A program made the position numbers and the translations under genes. A model generated the notes under the pieces. That model was not told the DNA's origin and searched no databases. It was given only the letters and a program-made list of their open reading frames with translations. From Afipia sp. (GTDB taxonomy: Bacteria; Pseudomonadota; Alphaproteobacteria; Rhizobiales; Xanthobacteraceae): a stretch of DNA of 64,000 bases. The stretch spans positions 435,162 through 499,161 of the forward strand of contig JANINQ010000001.1 in assembly GCA_024508675.1 (NCBI GenBank), read 5' to 3'. This document shows positions 9,892 through 19,268 of this stretch, one piece after another; within the stretch, counting starts at the first letter, position 1; every line of letters starts with the position of its first letter.

Positions 9892-10016
9892 GGGAGGCCT
9901 CCGTGAGTGCCTGTGCTGAATTCCGATGGGCTATGGATAAGCACTCCCGAATGATGCATAAATAGAAACTATCGAAATTCATTGTTTCTAAAATTGACCA
10001 ATCGGAGATTTGCCCA

Positions 10017-10931
10017 ATGTCCCGGCTTCCGGACTTCGAAGCCCTCGCGATTTTCGCGAAAGTCGTGGAAATGCGTTCTTTTGCGGGGGCCGCCAGCGAA
10101 CTGGCGCTGTCGAAGGCAACTGTCTCCAAGGCGGTCAGCCGTCTTGAGGAGCGGCTCGGCGCGCGGCTGTTCAACCGTACCTCGCGGCAGCTGGCGCTGA
10201 CGGATGCCGGACAGCGGCTGTCCGAGCGCGCCGCGCAGCTTCTGATGGATGGCGAGGCCGCCGAGAATGAAGCATTGGCGCAGTCGTCCGCGCCGCGCGG
10301 GCTGGTGCGGCTCGCGGTCCCGATGACATTCGGCGTGAATGTCATCGGCCCGCTATTGCCCGAATTTCTCAGCGCCTATCCGGAAGTGTCGATCGACCTG
10401 CATCTCAGCGATGCGACAGTGGATCTCATCGGCGAGGGATTCGACGCAGGTGTTCGCATCGCGCGCTTGCCGGATTCATCGCTGGTGGCGCGCAGGCTAT
10501 GCGGGATGCGGCGTTACACGGTTGCGGCGCCGTCCTATCTGAAGAAGTACGGGCGCCCGACGCATCCGATGCATCTCGCCGAACACAAATGCTTTGGTTA
10601 CGCCTATCTCTCGACGCCGGGCGTCTGGCACTATGTCAATGCGGCCGGCGAACAGGCAACGGTACGTCCGTCCGGGCAATTGCGTGTCAACAATGGCGAA
10701 GCCACCATGCCGGCGCTGCTGGCCGGACTCGGCATCGCCGACCTGCCGGATTTCATTGTTGGTGAGGCCATTGCTGCAGGGCAACTCGAAGTCATCCTCA
10801 AGGACTGGAAGCAGCCCGAAGGCGCGGTGCATCTGGTGATGCCGCCCGGCGGGCCGCGTCCGGCGCGCGTCGAAGTGCTCGCGGATTTTCTCGCCGAAAA
10901 ACTCGGCCGCGCGAAACGCGCGGGGCGATGA
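10017..10931 (+). CDS. LysR family regulator (CrgA/DmlR-like)
   Basis: LysR HTH, LFNRTSRQLALT, CrgA-like effector domain; divergent from SDR-pirin-wrbA; TTG start. Confidence 0.95.
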   Translation: MSRLPDFEALAIFAKVVEMRSFAGAASELALSKATVSKAVSRLEERLGARLFNRTSRQLALTDAGQRLSERAAQLLMDGEAAENEALAQSSAPRGLVRLAVPMTFGVNVIGPLLPEFLSAYPEVSIDLHLSDATVDLIGEGFDAGVRIARLPDSSLVARRLCGMRRYTVAAPSYLKKYGRPTHPMHLAEHKCFGYAYLSTPGVWHYVNAAGEQATVRPSGQLRVNNGEATMPALLAGLGIADLPDFIVGEAIAAGQLEVILKDWKQPEGAVHLVMPPGGPRPARVEVLADFLAEKLGRAKRAGR

Positions 10932-11012
10932 ATAAATCACAATCCTGTTCTGCTCTGGATCGGCGTGGCAAGTTTGTCTACGATGCGGCTCCATCCTCGA
11001 AGGTTTTCCTGA

Positions 11013-12590
11013 ATGCGCAATTTCATCTCGCCGGCCCGCTCCATCGCAGTGGGGGAACGCGGCATGGCCGCGACCTCGCATCCACAGGCGACACTCGCCG
11101 CGCTCGGCATTTTGAAAGCTGGCGGCAACGCGATGGATGCTGCGATTGCAGCTGTGGCGCTGCAGGGTGTGGTCGAACCGCAGATGACGGGGATCGGCGG
11201 CGACTGCTTCGTGATCTATTCGCCGAAGGCAGGCACGCCGGTGGCGCTGAACGGTTCAGGCCGCACACCTGCCAGGACCGATCTGGCCGCAACGATGGCC
11301 AAGGGCGCGAAGGCACTCACGCCGACCTCCATCGAAGGCATCACCGTTCCCGGCGCCATCGATGCGTGGTGCGCCCTCGCCACAAAGTACGGCAGCAAGC
11401 CGCTGGAAGAAATCTTCAGGCCCGCGATCGATGCCGCCGAAAACGGTTTCCGCATCACGCCGCGCGTGGCGGCGGACTGGTCACGCAATCGCCCGCGTCT
11501 CGAAAGCAATCCGGCTGCGAAGGAGCAGTATCTGCCCGGTGGTGCCGCGCCTTCCATTGGTGATCGCCGCAGCCAGCCTGCGCTCGGCAAGACGCTGCGC
11601 CGGATCGCGCGCGAAGGCCGCGCCGCGTTCTATGAAGGCGAAGTCGCCGAAGAACTCGTGGGCATCCTGCAGGGTCTCGGCGGCGCGCACACGCTTGCGG
11701 ATTTTGCCGCGAGCACACCGGAAGATGTGACGCCGATTTCCGCAAGCTACGGCGGTCATGATGTGCTCGAATGTCCGCCGAACGGGCAGGGGCTGGCGGC
11801 ACTGATGATCCTGCGTACGCTCGCAGGCTACGACATCAAGTCGCTCTCGGAAGTGGATCGCGTGCACCTTCTGGCGGAGGCGACCAAGGCAGCCTATCGT
11901 ACGCGAGACGCGTTCTTCTGCGATCCCGCGCATGGCAAGGTCGATGCAGCGCATTTCCTGTCGGATGCCTATATCGGTGCAATCCGCAGCAAGATTTCCA
12001 TGACGCGCGCCAGCGCGGCTGTCGACTGGGACGACATCGAGCACAAGGACACCGTCTACGTCACGGTGGTGGACCGCGATCTCAACGCGGTGTCGTTCAT
12101 CAATTCGCTGTTCCAGCCGTTCGGCAGCGGCGTCTATGCGCCGAAATCCGGCGTGCTGCTGCATAATCGCGGCTGGGGTTTCCGCTTGCAGCCCGGCCAT
12201 CCCAATGCGCTCGGTCCGAACAAGCGGCCGATGCACACCATCATTCCCGGCATGGTGATGAAAAATGGACGCTGCGTGATGCCGTTCGGCGTGATGGGCG
12301 GACATTATCAGGCAACCGGTCACGCCAACTTCCTCTCCAACGTGTTCGATCTTGGCATGGACATTCAGGCGGCATCCGAAGTGCCGCGTTCGTTCGCGTT
12401 CGAAGGCGTGCTGTCGCTTGAGCCGACCTATGGTGAAAAGATCGGTGCCGAACTCGCCGCGCGCGGGCACGACGTGAAGTGGGCGGACGTCGCGATCGGC
12501 GGCTGTCAGGCGATCTGGATCGATCACGAGCGCGGTGCCCTGCTCGGCGCAACCGACCATCGCAAGGATGGTGTCGCGCTCGGTCTTTGA
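11013..12590 (+). CDS. ggt: Gamma-glutamyltransferase family protein (YwrD-like Ntn hydrolase)
   Basis: [31 protein letters not shown] nucleophile Thr, [15 protein letters not shown]. Confidence 0.92.
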   Translation: MRNFISPARSIAVGERGMAATSHPQATLAALGILKAGGNAMDAAIAAVALQGVVEPQMTGIGGDCFVIYSPKAGTPVALNGSGRTPARTDLAATMAKGAKALTPTSIEGITVPGAIDAWCALATKYGSKPLEEIFRPAIDAAENGFRITPRVAADWSRNRPRLESNPAAKEQYLPGGAAPSIGDRRSQPALGKTLRRIAREGRAAFYEGEVAEELVGILQGLGGAHTLADFAASTPEDVTPISASYGGHDVLECPPNGQGLAALMILRTLAGYDIKSLSEVDRVHLLAEATKAAYRTRDAFFCDPAHGKVDAAHFLSDAYIGAIRSKISMTRASAAVDWDDIEHKDTVYVTVVDRDLNAVSFINSLFQPFGSGVYAPKSGVLLHNRGWGFRLQPGHPNALGPNKRPMHTIIPGMVMKNGRCVMPFGVMGGHYQATGHANFLSNVFDLGMDIQAASEVPRSFAFEGVLSLEPTYGEKIGAELAARGHDVKWADVAIGGCQAIWIDHERGALLGATDHRKDGVALGL

Positions 12591-12599
12591 CATTCATTT

Positions 12600-12690
12600 G
12601 TCATTCCGGGGCGCGCGAAGCGCGAACCCGGAATCCCGCAGAATTCATCGGATTCCGGATCAACGCGCAAAGCGCGTTGTCCGGAATGAC
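12600..12690. repeat. REP/RPE-like palindromic element (GTCATTCC...GGAATGAC)
   Basis: Terminal inverted repeat GTCATTCCGG/CCGGAATGAC with internal hairpins GCGCGAAGCGCG and CAACGCGC..GCGCGTTG. Confidence 0.85.
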
Positions 12691-12712
12691 CCGGCGCTGG
12701 AATCGTTGCGCC

Positions 12713-13036
12713 CTATGTATTCCCGTACTTCATGAAGAAGCACCGCCTCTCGCCGGAGAGGTTGTGGCATCGCCATGTTTTGCCGTCTTCGCTCGGCGTC
12801 GCCTGTTCGAACGGAACCAGCTCCTTGAATCGTATGAGCCAGATTCCATCGGGCCGGACCTGAACTTCCTCGGAACTGAGCTGTTCGCAATCGCTCGGGC
12901 CGCAGCAGTGAACGCCATCAGCACCCTTATAGGAACCTTCGGCGATCCAGTTCGGACGTCCATCCGCGTCATGCGCGAAGCAGACGCGGGATACCAGCAG
13001 TCCCATTGCCAGAAACAAGAAAATGACTGATCGCAT
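12713..13036 (-). CDS. Small secreted cysteine-rich hypothetical protein
   Basis: Strong RBS AAGGAGGTG, signal peptide ending VCFA, mature CC-x4-C...C...CF pattern. Confidence 0.75.
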   Translation of the reverse strand: MRSVIFLFLAMGLLVSRVCFAHDADGRPNWIAEGSYKGADGVHCCGPSDCEQLSSEEVQVRPDGIWLIRFKELVPFEQATPSEDGKTWRCHNLSGERRCFFMKYGNT

Positions 13037-13135
13037 CACATCACCTCCTTGAGGAATGCGAAGCATCAATCGTGCCAAGCGGACTCGCGCCAAACGCAAT
13101 TGCGAGTCAATTTTACAACAGTGCGAAGATGCCGG

Positions 13136-13879
13136 TCAGGCGTGCGCAGCGACCAGCCGCGGCAAATCTGCCAGCGCAGCAATGCGATAGTCCGGTTCCA
13201 GTCCATATTCGTCCATCTGCATGCGGATGGCCTTGAACATCGACAGCGGCCGGATGAGGTTCGCCTTTGCGAGTTCCGCTGCCATTGCCTGCGGCGTGAC
13301 GCGCTCGATCCACGCCACTTTCAGGCCGAAGGATTTTGCGCCGCAGGCGTCGAATGGATTCGATGAAACGAAAAGAACGTCCTGCGGTTTCTCGCCGAGA
13401 TTTGCTTCGATAAGTTCGTAGGTGCGAGGCGAGGGTTTGAAGATCCGCCTTGAGTCGATGCTGATGGTCGCGTCGAGAATTGTTTCGAGTCCGGTGTTGC
13501 GGACAAGTGCGTTGAGCATCTCCGTGCTTCCGTTCGACAGGATCGCAAGCTTGCGGCCTTTCAATCCGGCCAGCGCCTGTTTTGCATCGGAATAAAGATC
13601 GAGATGGACATACTTGTCCATGATGCGCTCGAAGATCGCCGCATCGAATGGCAGGCCGAGCGTCTTTAGCGTGAAGCTGAGTGAATCGCGGGTGATGACC
13701 GAGAAATCTTCGTAGCGCCCCATCAGCGAGCGCAGCCAGGTATACTCAAGCTGTTTCATGCGCCAGATCTGGCTGATCAGTTCGCCGTAACCGGGAAACG
13801 CCTCGTCTGTCACGGCGGCGACCGATTGCACGTCATACAGCGTGCCGTAAGCGTCGAATACAACGGCCTTGATCGTCAT
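13136..13879 (-). CDS. Haloacid dehalogenase type II (L-2-haloacid dehalogenase-like)
   Basis: VVFDAYGTLYDV, WRMKQLEYTW, ILSNG, FKP, FVSSNPFD. Confidence 0.92.
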   Translation of the reverse strand: MTIKAVVFDAYGTLYDVQSVAAVTDEAFPGYGELISQIWRMKQLEYTWLRSLMGRYEDFSVITRDSLSFTLKTLGLPFDAAIFERIMDKYVHLDLYSDAKQALAGLKGRKLAILSNGSTEMLNALVRNTGLETILDATISIDSRRIFKPSPRTYELIEANLGEKPQDVLFVSSNPFDACGAKSFGLKVAWIERVTPQAMAAELAKANLIRPLSMFKAIRMQMDEYGLEPDYRIAALADLPRLVAAHA

Positions 13880-13938
13880 CTCTGCTTCCTTCAGGGTGTG
13901 GCAACAAAGAACAATAAACAAACTCTCAGGGAGGCACC

Positions 13939-14937
13939 ATGAATCGGCGTGAGGTTCTGAAAGCAGCCACGATCCTGCCGCTGTCGCAAGTTGCACTGCA
14001 TGCTTTATCCGGCAGCGCTCATGCACAGGCGGCATGGCCGTCACGCAACATCACCATGATCGTACCGTTTCCGGCAGGCGGGCAGGCGGACCTCGCGGCG
14101 CGGCCGGTGGCTCTGGCGCTGGAGCGCATCCTCGGCAAGCCTGTCGTGGTTGATAACCGCGCGGGCGGTGGCGGCGGCTCCGTCGGCAATGCGGCGGCGG
14201 CCCGTGCCGAGCCCGATGGCTACACGATCCTGATGACCCTCTCTTCGCTCGCGGTTCTGCCGGAAGCGGATCGTCTGTTCGATCGCCCGGTGGCTTATGA
14301 AATGTCGCAGTTCGCGCCGGTGGCGCGCGTGCTCGCCGATCCGACCATACTGGCGGTACCGGCGTCTGCGCCATGGAAGACGGTGAAGGACTTTGTCGAG
14401 GATGCGAAAGCGCGGCCGGGCCAAATTCCCTACGGCTCATCCGGTCCTTACGGCACGCTGCATATTGCGATGGAAATGTTCGCGGCCAGCGCTGGGATCA
14501 AGCTGCTCCATGTGCCGTTTCGCGGTGCTGGGCCTGCATTGACAGGATTGCTCACCGGCACCGTGCAGGCGGTGGCGTCTGCGCCGGGTACGCTGCGTGC
14601 GCAGGTCGATGACGGCAAGATGCGCGTGCTGGCGGGTTGGGGCGCGAAGCGGGTGGCGAGCTTCCCGGATGTGCCAACATTTCAGGAACTCGGCTACAAG
14701 GATGTCGAGTTTTATATCTGGGCCGGACTGTTCGCGCAGGCAGCATTGCCCGCGCCGATCATGACCCGGCTGCGGGCCGCGGTGGGCGAGGCGGTGCGTG
14801 CGCCGGAAGTGGTGAAGACGTTCGAAACGGCGGGAAGTCCGGTCGCCTATATGGACGCGCCGGACTTTGCGAAGTTCGTCGAGGCGGACAGCGCGCGTCT
14901 GATCGCGGCGGTGAAGAAGATTGGAAAGGTGGAATAA
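13939..14937 (+). CDS. Bug/TctC tripartite tricarboxylate transporter substrate-binding protein
   Basis: Tat-like signal MNRREVLK, VPFPAGGQAD, NRAGGGG, HVPFRGAGPA. Confidence 0.93.
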   Translation: MNRREVLKAATILPLSQVALHALSGSAHAQAAWPSRNITMIVPFPAGGQADLAARPVALALERILGKPVVVDNRAGGGGGSVGNAAAARAEPDGYTILMTLSSLAVLPEADRLFDRPVAYEMSQFAPVARVLADPTILAVPASAPWKTVKDFVEDAKARPGQIPYGSSGPYGTLHIAMEMFAASAGIKLLHVPFRGAGPALTGLLTGTVQAVASAPGTLRAQVDDGKMRVLAGWGAKRVASFPDVPTFQELGYKDVEFYIWAGLFAQAALPAPIMTRLRAAVGEAVRAPEVVKTFETAGSPVAYMDAPDFAKFVEADSARLIAAVKKIGKVE

Positions 14938-14947
14938 AAGGCAGCCG

Positions 14948-15029
14948 CCGTCATTGCGAGGAGCGTATCGACGAAGCAATCCAGTGTACGCTTGCGCGGT
15001 GGATTGCTTCGCTTCGCTCGCAATGACGG
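14948..15029. repeat. REP/RPE-like palindromic element (GTCATTGCGAG...CTCGCAATGAC)
   Basis: CCGTCATTGCGAG/CTCGCAATGACGG termini with internal GAAGCAATCC/GGATTGCTTC. Confidence 0.9.
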
Positions 15030-15034
15030 TCGCG

Positions 15035-15523
15035 TCACATGGCAGCAGCTTCGCTCTGCTCCCTGATCTCGCTCACATCTACCCATTCGGCGTTGGTCAG
15101 TTCGGCCATCCGTGCGGGTGAAATGCGCACAGCGCTGTTGATCGAGCCTGCAGCAGGCACGACTTCGTTGAACGATTTCAGCGAGACGTCGCAATAGACC
15201 GGCAGCTGGGTCTTCAGTCCGAACGGACAGATGCCGCCGACCGGATGGCCGGTGGCTTCGAGCGCTTCCTCGGCGTTGAGCATGCGTGGCTTGCCGCCGA
15301 ACACGGCGCGCGCCTTCTTGTTGTCGAGCCGTGCGGTGCCGCAGGTCACGACCAGCAACACCTTCTCGCCCACGCGCAGGGACAGCGTTTTTGCGATCTC
15401 CGCAGACGTGACGTTGAAGGCCTCGGCGGCCAGAGTGACGGTCGCGGAACTTTTGTCCGATTCAATGACGGTAATATCCGGGGCATTTTTCGCGAAGAAT
15501 GCGCGAACCGTTTCGACGCTCAT
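15035..15523 (-). CDS. YbaK/EbsC family aminoacyl-tRNA deacylase-like protein
   Basis: AEIAKTL, TGHPVGGICPFG, VYCDVSL, PAAGS. Confidence 0.9.
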   Translation of the reverse strand: MSVETVRAFFAKNAPDITVIESDKSSATVTLAAEAFNVTSAEIAKTLSLRVGEKVLLVVTCGTARLDNKKARAVFGGKPRMLNAEEALEATGHPVGGICPFGLKTQLPVYCDVSLKSFNEVVPAAGSINSAVRISPARMAELTNAEWVDVSEIREQSEAAAM

Positions 15524-15567
15524 GCTTTGTCCTGTCCGGCGAACTGAAATCCGGGAAAGGACGTACC

Positions 15568-15963
15568 ATGACCAAGGCCGCGCGCAAATCGTCTGCGAGG
15601 CGGACGCGAAAGACATTGGTGAGAAAGACATCGGCAAGAAAGGCGCCGACAAGAAAGGCCGGTTCAGGACGGAGGGTTGCCAAGCGCCCCGCCCGAAAGT
15701 GGTCGGGCCGTGTCACCGCCACCAGCGATGCGCTCGATCTGAAGCATCATCTTTTCAGGCAGCGCAGTCCCGCCGCTATCGCACAATCGCTGAAGCACTC
15801 TGCCGAGCGCAGCCATCGCCGCAAGGCAGGCCCGTATCAGTCAGCAATGTCGATGCTGAATTTCTACATCAATCGTGGCGGCAAGAATCTGTCGGCGGCA
15901 GAGAAGAAGAGGCTCAATGCTGCGAAGGGCGAACTGCGCAAGGCGTTCGGGCGGGCCGCATAA
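15568..15963 (+). CDS. DUF3175 domain protein
   Basis: KWSGRVT..SDALDL, IAQSLKHSAERSHRRK, SAMSMLNFYINRGGKNL; basic N-terminal tail. Confidence 0.88.
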   Translation: MTKAARKSSARRTRKTLVRKTSARKAPTRKAGSGRRVAKRPARKWSGRVTATSDALDLKHHLFRQRSPAAIAQSLKHSAERSHRRKAGPYQSAMSMLNFYINRGGKNLSAAEKKRLNAAKGELRKAFGRAA

Positions 15964-15983
15964 GGCCGCTGCGTGGTTCTGCG

Positions 15984-17303
15984 TCAGGTATGGCCATGGC
16001 CGCGTTTGACCCGCCAGAGCATGATGGTCAGCGCGATCACCACGAACGGGATGGAGATGCCGGTCGCGACGGTTGGGCTGACCGGCAGATGATGCTCCAG
16101 GGATTCGAACACATAGTGCAGCAGGCTCGCGACATAATAGCTGATGGCTGCAACCGAGAGTCCTTCGACGGTCTGCTGCAGGCGAAGTTGCATTCGCGCG
16201 CGCTCGCTCATGGCCGCGAGCAGGTCGCGGTTCTGCTGTTCGATTTCGACATCGATGCGGGTGCGCAGCAGGTTTGCTGCGCGGGTCAGCTTTTTGTTGA
16301 GATCCTGCATGCGCGTGTTCAGCGTCTGGCAGGTGCGCATTGCTGGATTGAGCCGCCGCCCGAGGAATTCGGCCAGTGTCGGCCATCCGCCGAATGATTT
16401 TTCGCCGATCACGTCAAGGCGCTGGCGTACGATGTCGTCATAGGCTGCGCTCGCAGCAAAGCGATAGCCGGCGATCGCCGCTTCTGCCTCGACACGGGCG
16501 GCGAGCGAGGTGATTTCGTCGAGCAGCTCGCGGTTGATTTCAAGGCCGCCGCCGTCCCTGGTCATCGTTGTCATGATGTGGGTCAACCGGTCTTCGGCGT
16601 TGCGGATGATCGGTGTTGTCCGCTGTGCCAGCGGCAGACCGAGCAGCGCGAAGCAGCGATAGGTCTCGATTTCGAGTATCCGCAGCACGAGGCCGCCGGT
16701 TTCAACCGGCGTCAGCCCATGATTGTGAATCAGGAAGCGGACGAACCCGTCGCTATCGGCCTGAAAATCGGTGGCGACTGTGGCGTGATCCTTGAGGACC
16801 TGCGATGCTGCAAGCGATGCCGGATCGAACAATCGTGCAAGATCGGGCGCATCGCCGCTTTCCACGCGCAGGTCGATCGAAACCAGATGCGGTCCCGGCT
16901 GGCCGATCTCTTCCATGGCCGCGGCGATAGTATCCGGCACTGCTGGGCCACGCGTGGCGTCTGAACCTTCCAGCAGCCAGGTATAGGTCGTGAACTCGCT
17001 GTGTTGCTCCCAGCGCAGGATTGCACCCGGCAGCGCGATGCGCCGATGCTTCGCAGCCGTCGAGAGGGCAGTCAGATGATGGGCTTCACAATAGCGTGCG
17101 AGAGCGTCGGCGTTGGCGCTCATCTGTGCCGCGTCGGTGAGAAAGGCGAAACGGATCGCGCGGCAGGGCGAGGTGACGGCTTCGAACGGCCGCGCATGCA
17201 GCTCGCCGAGCACGACATTGCGCTCGGCATGCGGCGACAGCGCAAGTCCGCCCGGCTGCGGATTGATGCTGTCGGAGGTGTCATTCTCGCGGATGGTGGT
17301 CAT
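15984..17303 (-). CDS. DUF3422 family membrane-anchored protein
   Basis: ELHARPF, WEQHSEFTTY, LEIETYR..ALLGLP, RAANLLRTRID, QQTVEGLSVAAISYY. Confidence 0.9.
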   Translation of the reverse strand: MTTIRENDTSDSINPQPGGLALSPHAERNVVLGELHARPFEAVTSPCRAIRFAFLTDAAQMSANADALARYCEAHHLTALSTAAKHRRIALPGAILRWEQHSEFTTYTWLLEGSDATRGPAVPDTIAAAMEEIGQPGPHLVSIDLRVESGDAPDLARLFDPASLAASQVLKDHATVATDFQADSDGFVRFLIHNHGLTPVETGGLVLRILEIETYRCFALLGLPLAQRTTPIIRNAEDRLTHIMTTMTRDGGGLEINRELLDEITSLAARVEAEAAIAGYRFAASAAYDDIVRQRLDVIGEKSFGGWPTLAEFLGRRLNPAMRTCQTLNTRMQDLNKKLTRAANLLRTRIDVEIEQQNRDLLAAMSERARMQLRLQQTVEGLSVAAISYYVASLLHYVFESLEHHLPVSPTVATGISIPFVVIALTIMLWRVKRGHGHT

Positions 17304-17437
17304 CGCGCAAATCCCTTCCTGCCTGCCGCAATCATGCAGGGGAGGGACGCGCGTTTGCAACCGGACTTGTGAGAGGACGGAAACAAAAACGGCTGCCTGA
17401 TAGGCAGCCGAATTCCTGTTTCAGGTTGTCACGCGGC

Positions 17438-18208
17438 CTAGCCGTTGGCGGCGGTCTGGGTGCGGATGTCCTGCGCGGTCCGCTTCAGCGTCACCAGGAA
17501 CTTCGCTTTCGCCTCTTCCTCGGTGAGGGTGCCAGAGATGGTGTTGATGCTGACGGCCGCGACGACGTTACCGGCCTGATCGCGCACCGGCACGGCGATG
17601 CCGCAGATCGCGGGATCAAGTTCGCCGTCGATCCAGGCATAACCCTGCTGCTCGACCCGGGCGAGTTCTTCGGTGAGCTTGGCTGCGGTGGTCACCGTGC
17701 GCGGCGTGATCTGCTTGAAGTCGATATGGGAGATGATGTCCGCACGCCGGTCCGGCGGCAGGGCGGCGAGCAGCACGCGGCCGAGCGAGATCAGATGCGC
17801 GGGCAGGCGGCTGCCGATGCCGAGATTGGCGGAGAGAATGCGGCGCGCGGGCAGGCGCAGCGCGTAGACGATCTCTGTCTCATCGAGCACGGCAAGCGCG
17901 CAGGATTCGCCGATGTCGTTGCGCAGGTCTTCCAGCGCGCGCTGCGCGTAGCCCCAATAGGGAAGCGCGTTGAGATAGGACAGTCCAAGTCCGAGCGCGC
18001 GCGGGCGCAGGCTGAAATAGCGGCCATCGGCTTCGCAGTATTTCAGCGCCACCAGCGTCGCCAGCATGCGTCGCGCGGTTGCGCGCGTCAGGCCTGCAGC
18101 AACGGCAGCTTCCGACAGCGTGTGCCGCCCGGGCGGACGCCCCAGCGCTTCGACCACGGAAAATCCGCGGGCAATGGCACGGACGAAACTGTCGCTTTCC
18201 TTGGACAT
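17438..18208 (-). CDS. IclR family regulator (PcaR/PobR-like)
   Basis: MSKESDSFVRAIARGFSVVE, GLTRATARRML, LGIGSRLPAHLISLGRVLLA; only the last 256 aa of the 673-aa ORF are real. Confidence 0.92.
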   Translation of the reverse strand: MSKESDSFVRAIARGFSVVEALGRPPGRHTLSEAAVAAGLTRATARRMLATLVALKYCEADGRYFSLRPRALGLGLSYLNALPYWGYAQRALEDLRNDIGESCALAVLDETEIVYALRLPARRILSANLGIGSRLPAHLISLGRVLLAALPPDRRADIISHIDFKQITPRTVTTAAKLTEELARVEQQGYAWIDGELDPAICGIAVPVRDQAGNVVAAVSINTISGTLTEEEAKAKFLVTLKRTAQDIRTQTAANG

Positions 18209-18260
18209 CAAACTTCCTCTCATTTTCTCGCTTGTCAGATCCGAAAAGCCGGACCATAGT

Positions 18261-18295
18261 GTTCGTACAGTGATTATAAAGTTCGCCTGATGAAC
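18261..18295. promoter_or_regulatory. Putative tandem IclR operators
   Basis: GTTCG-TACAG-TGATT and GTTCG-CCTGA-TGAAC, 20 bp apart, resembling PcaR/PobR GTNCG-N5-CGNAC boxes. Confidence 0.5.
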
Positions 18296-18313
18296 AATAG
18301 ACGAGAGAACGCC

Positions 18314-18790
18314 ATGGCGCAAGCTCAAGCTTTCGAAACCGACTTCTGGAAAGACGCCAACCTTCGGAAGGTGTGGGACGACATCGTCCCCGGCGAACCG
18401 CGCAAGACGATGCCGTATCTTCTGACCAAGGAAGCTATCCAGCTCTATTGCCGCTCGGTCGGTGAGGACAATCCGCTCTACTTCGACGAGGCCTATGCCA
18501 AGACCACGCCTTACAAGGGCCTGATCGCGCCGCCCTCGATCCACATCCTGCTGATGTTCGCCTGCACGCCGACCGACGACTGGATGCGTTCGCCGGGCAC
18601 CGTGAACGCCGGTCAGTCGTGGAGCTACAACATTCCCGCGCGCCCCGGCGACACCATCACGCTGCAGGCCCGTGCGCTCGACAAGTTCATCAAGCGCGAG
18701 CGGTTGTTCGTTGTTCACGACAACGTCTTCTTCAATCAGCATGGTCAGGTGATCTGTTCCGGCCGCGGCCAGACCATCCGCCCGGCATAA
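18314..18790 (+). CDS. MaoC/FAS1-like hot-dog dehydratase subunit (HadA-like, likely non-catalytic)
   Basis: IQLYCRSVGEDNPLYFD, IAPPS, ARPGDTIT; Tyr where catalytic MaoC subunits have His. Confidence 0.82.
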   Translation: MAQAQAFETDFWKDANLRKVWDDIVPGEPRKTMPYLLTKEAIQLYCRSVGEDNPLYFDEAYAKTTPYKGLIAPPSIHILLMFACTPTDDWMRSPGTVNAGQSWSYNIPARPGDTITLQARALDKFIKRERLFVVHDNVFFNQHGQVICSGRGQTIRPA

Positions 18791-18811
18791 CGCAGACGAG
18801 GAGTGCAACAC

Positions 18812-19261
18812 ATGACCACGACATTCGACAGCCTCTCCGTCGGCGACACCATCGACGGCCCGAAGTTTGCAGTTTCGCGCGAGTCCATCCGCCTCTTCTG
18901 CGACGGCTCGCTCGACTACAATCCGCTGCACCTTGACGACAACTACATGAAGGGCAACTTCGGCAAGACCAACTTCGGCGGCATCATCATGCACGGCATG
19001 AACAACTTCGGGCTGATCACCCGGATGCTGACCGACTGGGCCTATCCCGCCGGCGCCATTCATCGCCGCCTCGAAACGCGCTGGGTCAAGCCGGTGAAGC
19101 CGGGCGACACCATCCAGCCGGAAGGCATCATCAAGGCCAAGCAGGTGACGCAGAATTCGCGCTGGGTTCTGATCGACGTGCTGGTGAAGAATCAGGCCGG
19201 GGAAAAGGTCGCCGTCGGCGAAGCGATGGTCGAATTCCCGCGCGCTGCATCGGCAGCCTGA
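18812..19261 (+). CDS. MaoC family dehydratase (HadB-like, catalytic)
   Basis: Hydratase-2 motif DYNPLH...IIMHGM, KPVKPGDT. Confidence 0.87.
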   Translation: MTTTFDSLSVGDTIDGPKFAVSRESIRLFCDGSLDYNPLHLDDNYMKGNFGKTNFGGIIMHGMNNFGLITRMLTDWAYPAGAIHRRLETRWVKPVKPGDTIQPEGIIKAKQVTQNSRWVLIDVLVKNQAGEKVAVGEAMVEFPRAASAA

Positions 19262-19268
19262 CGGCGAC

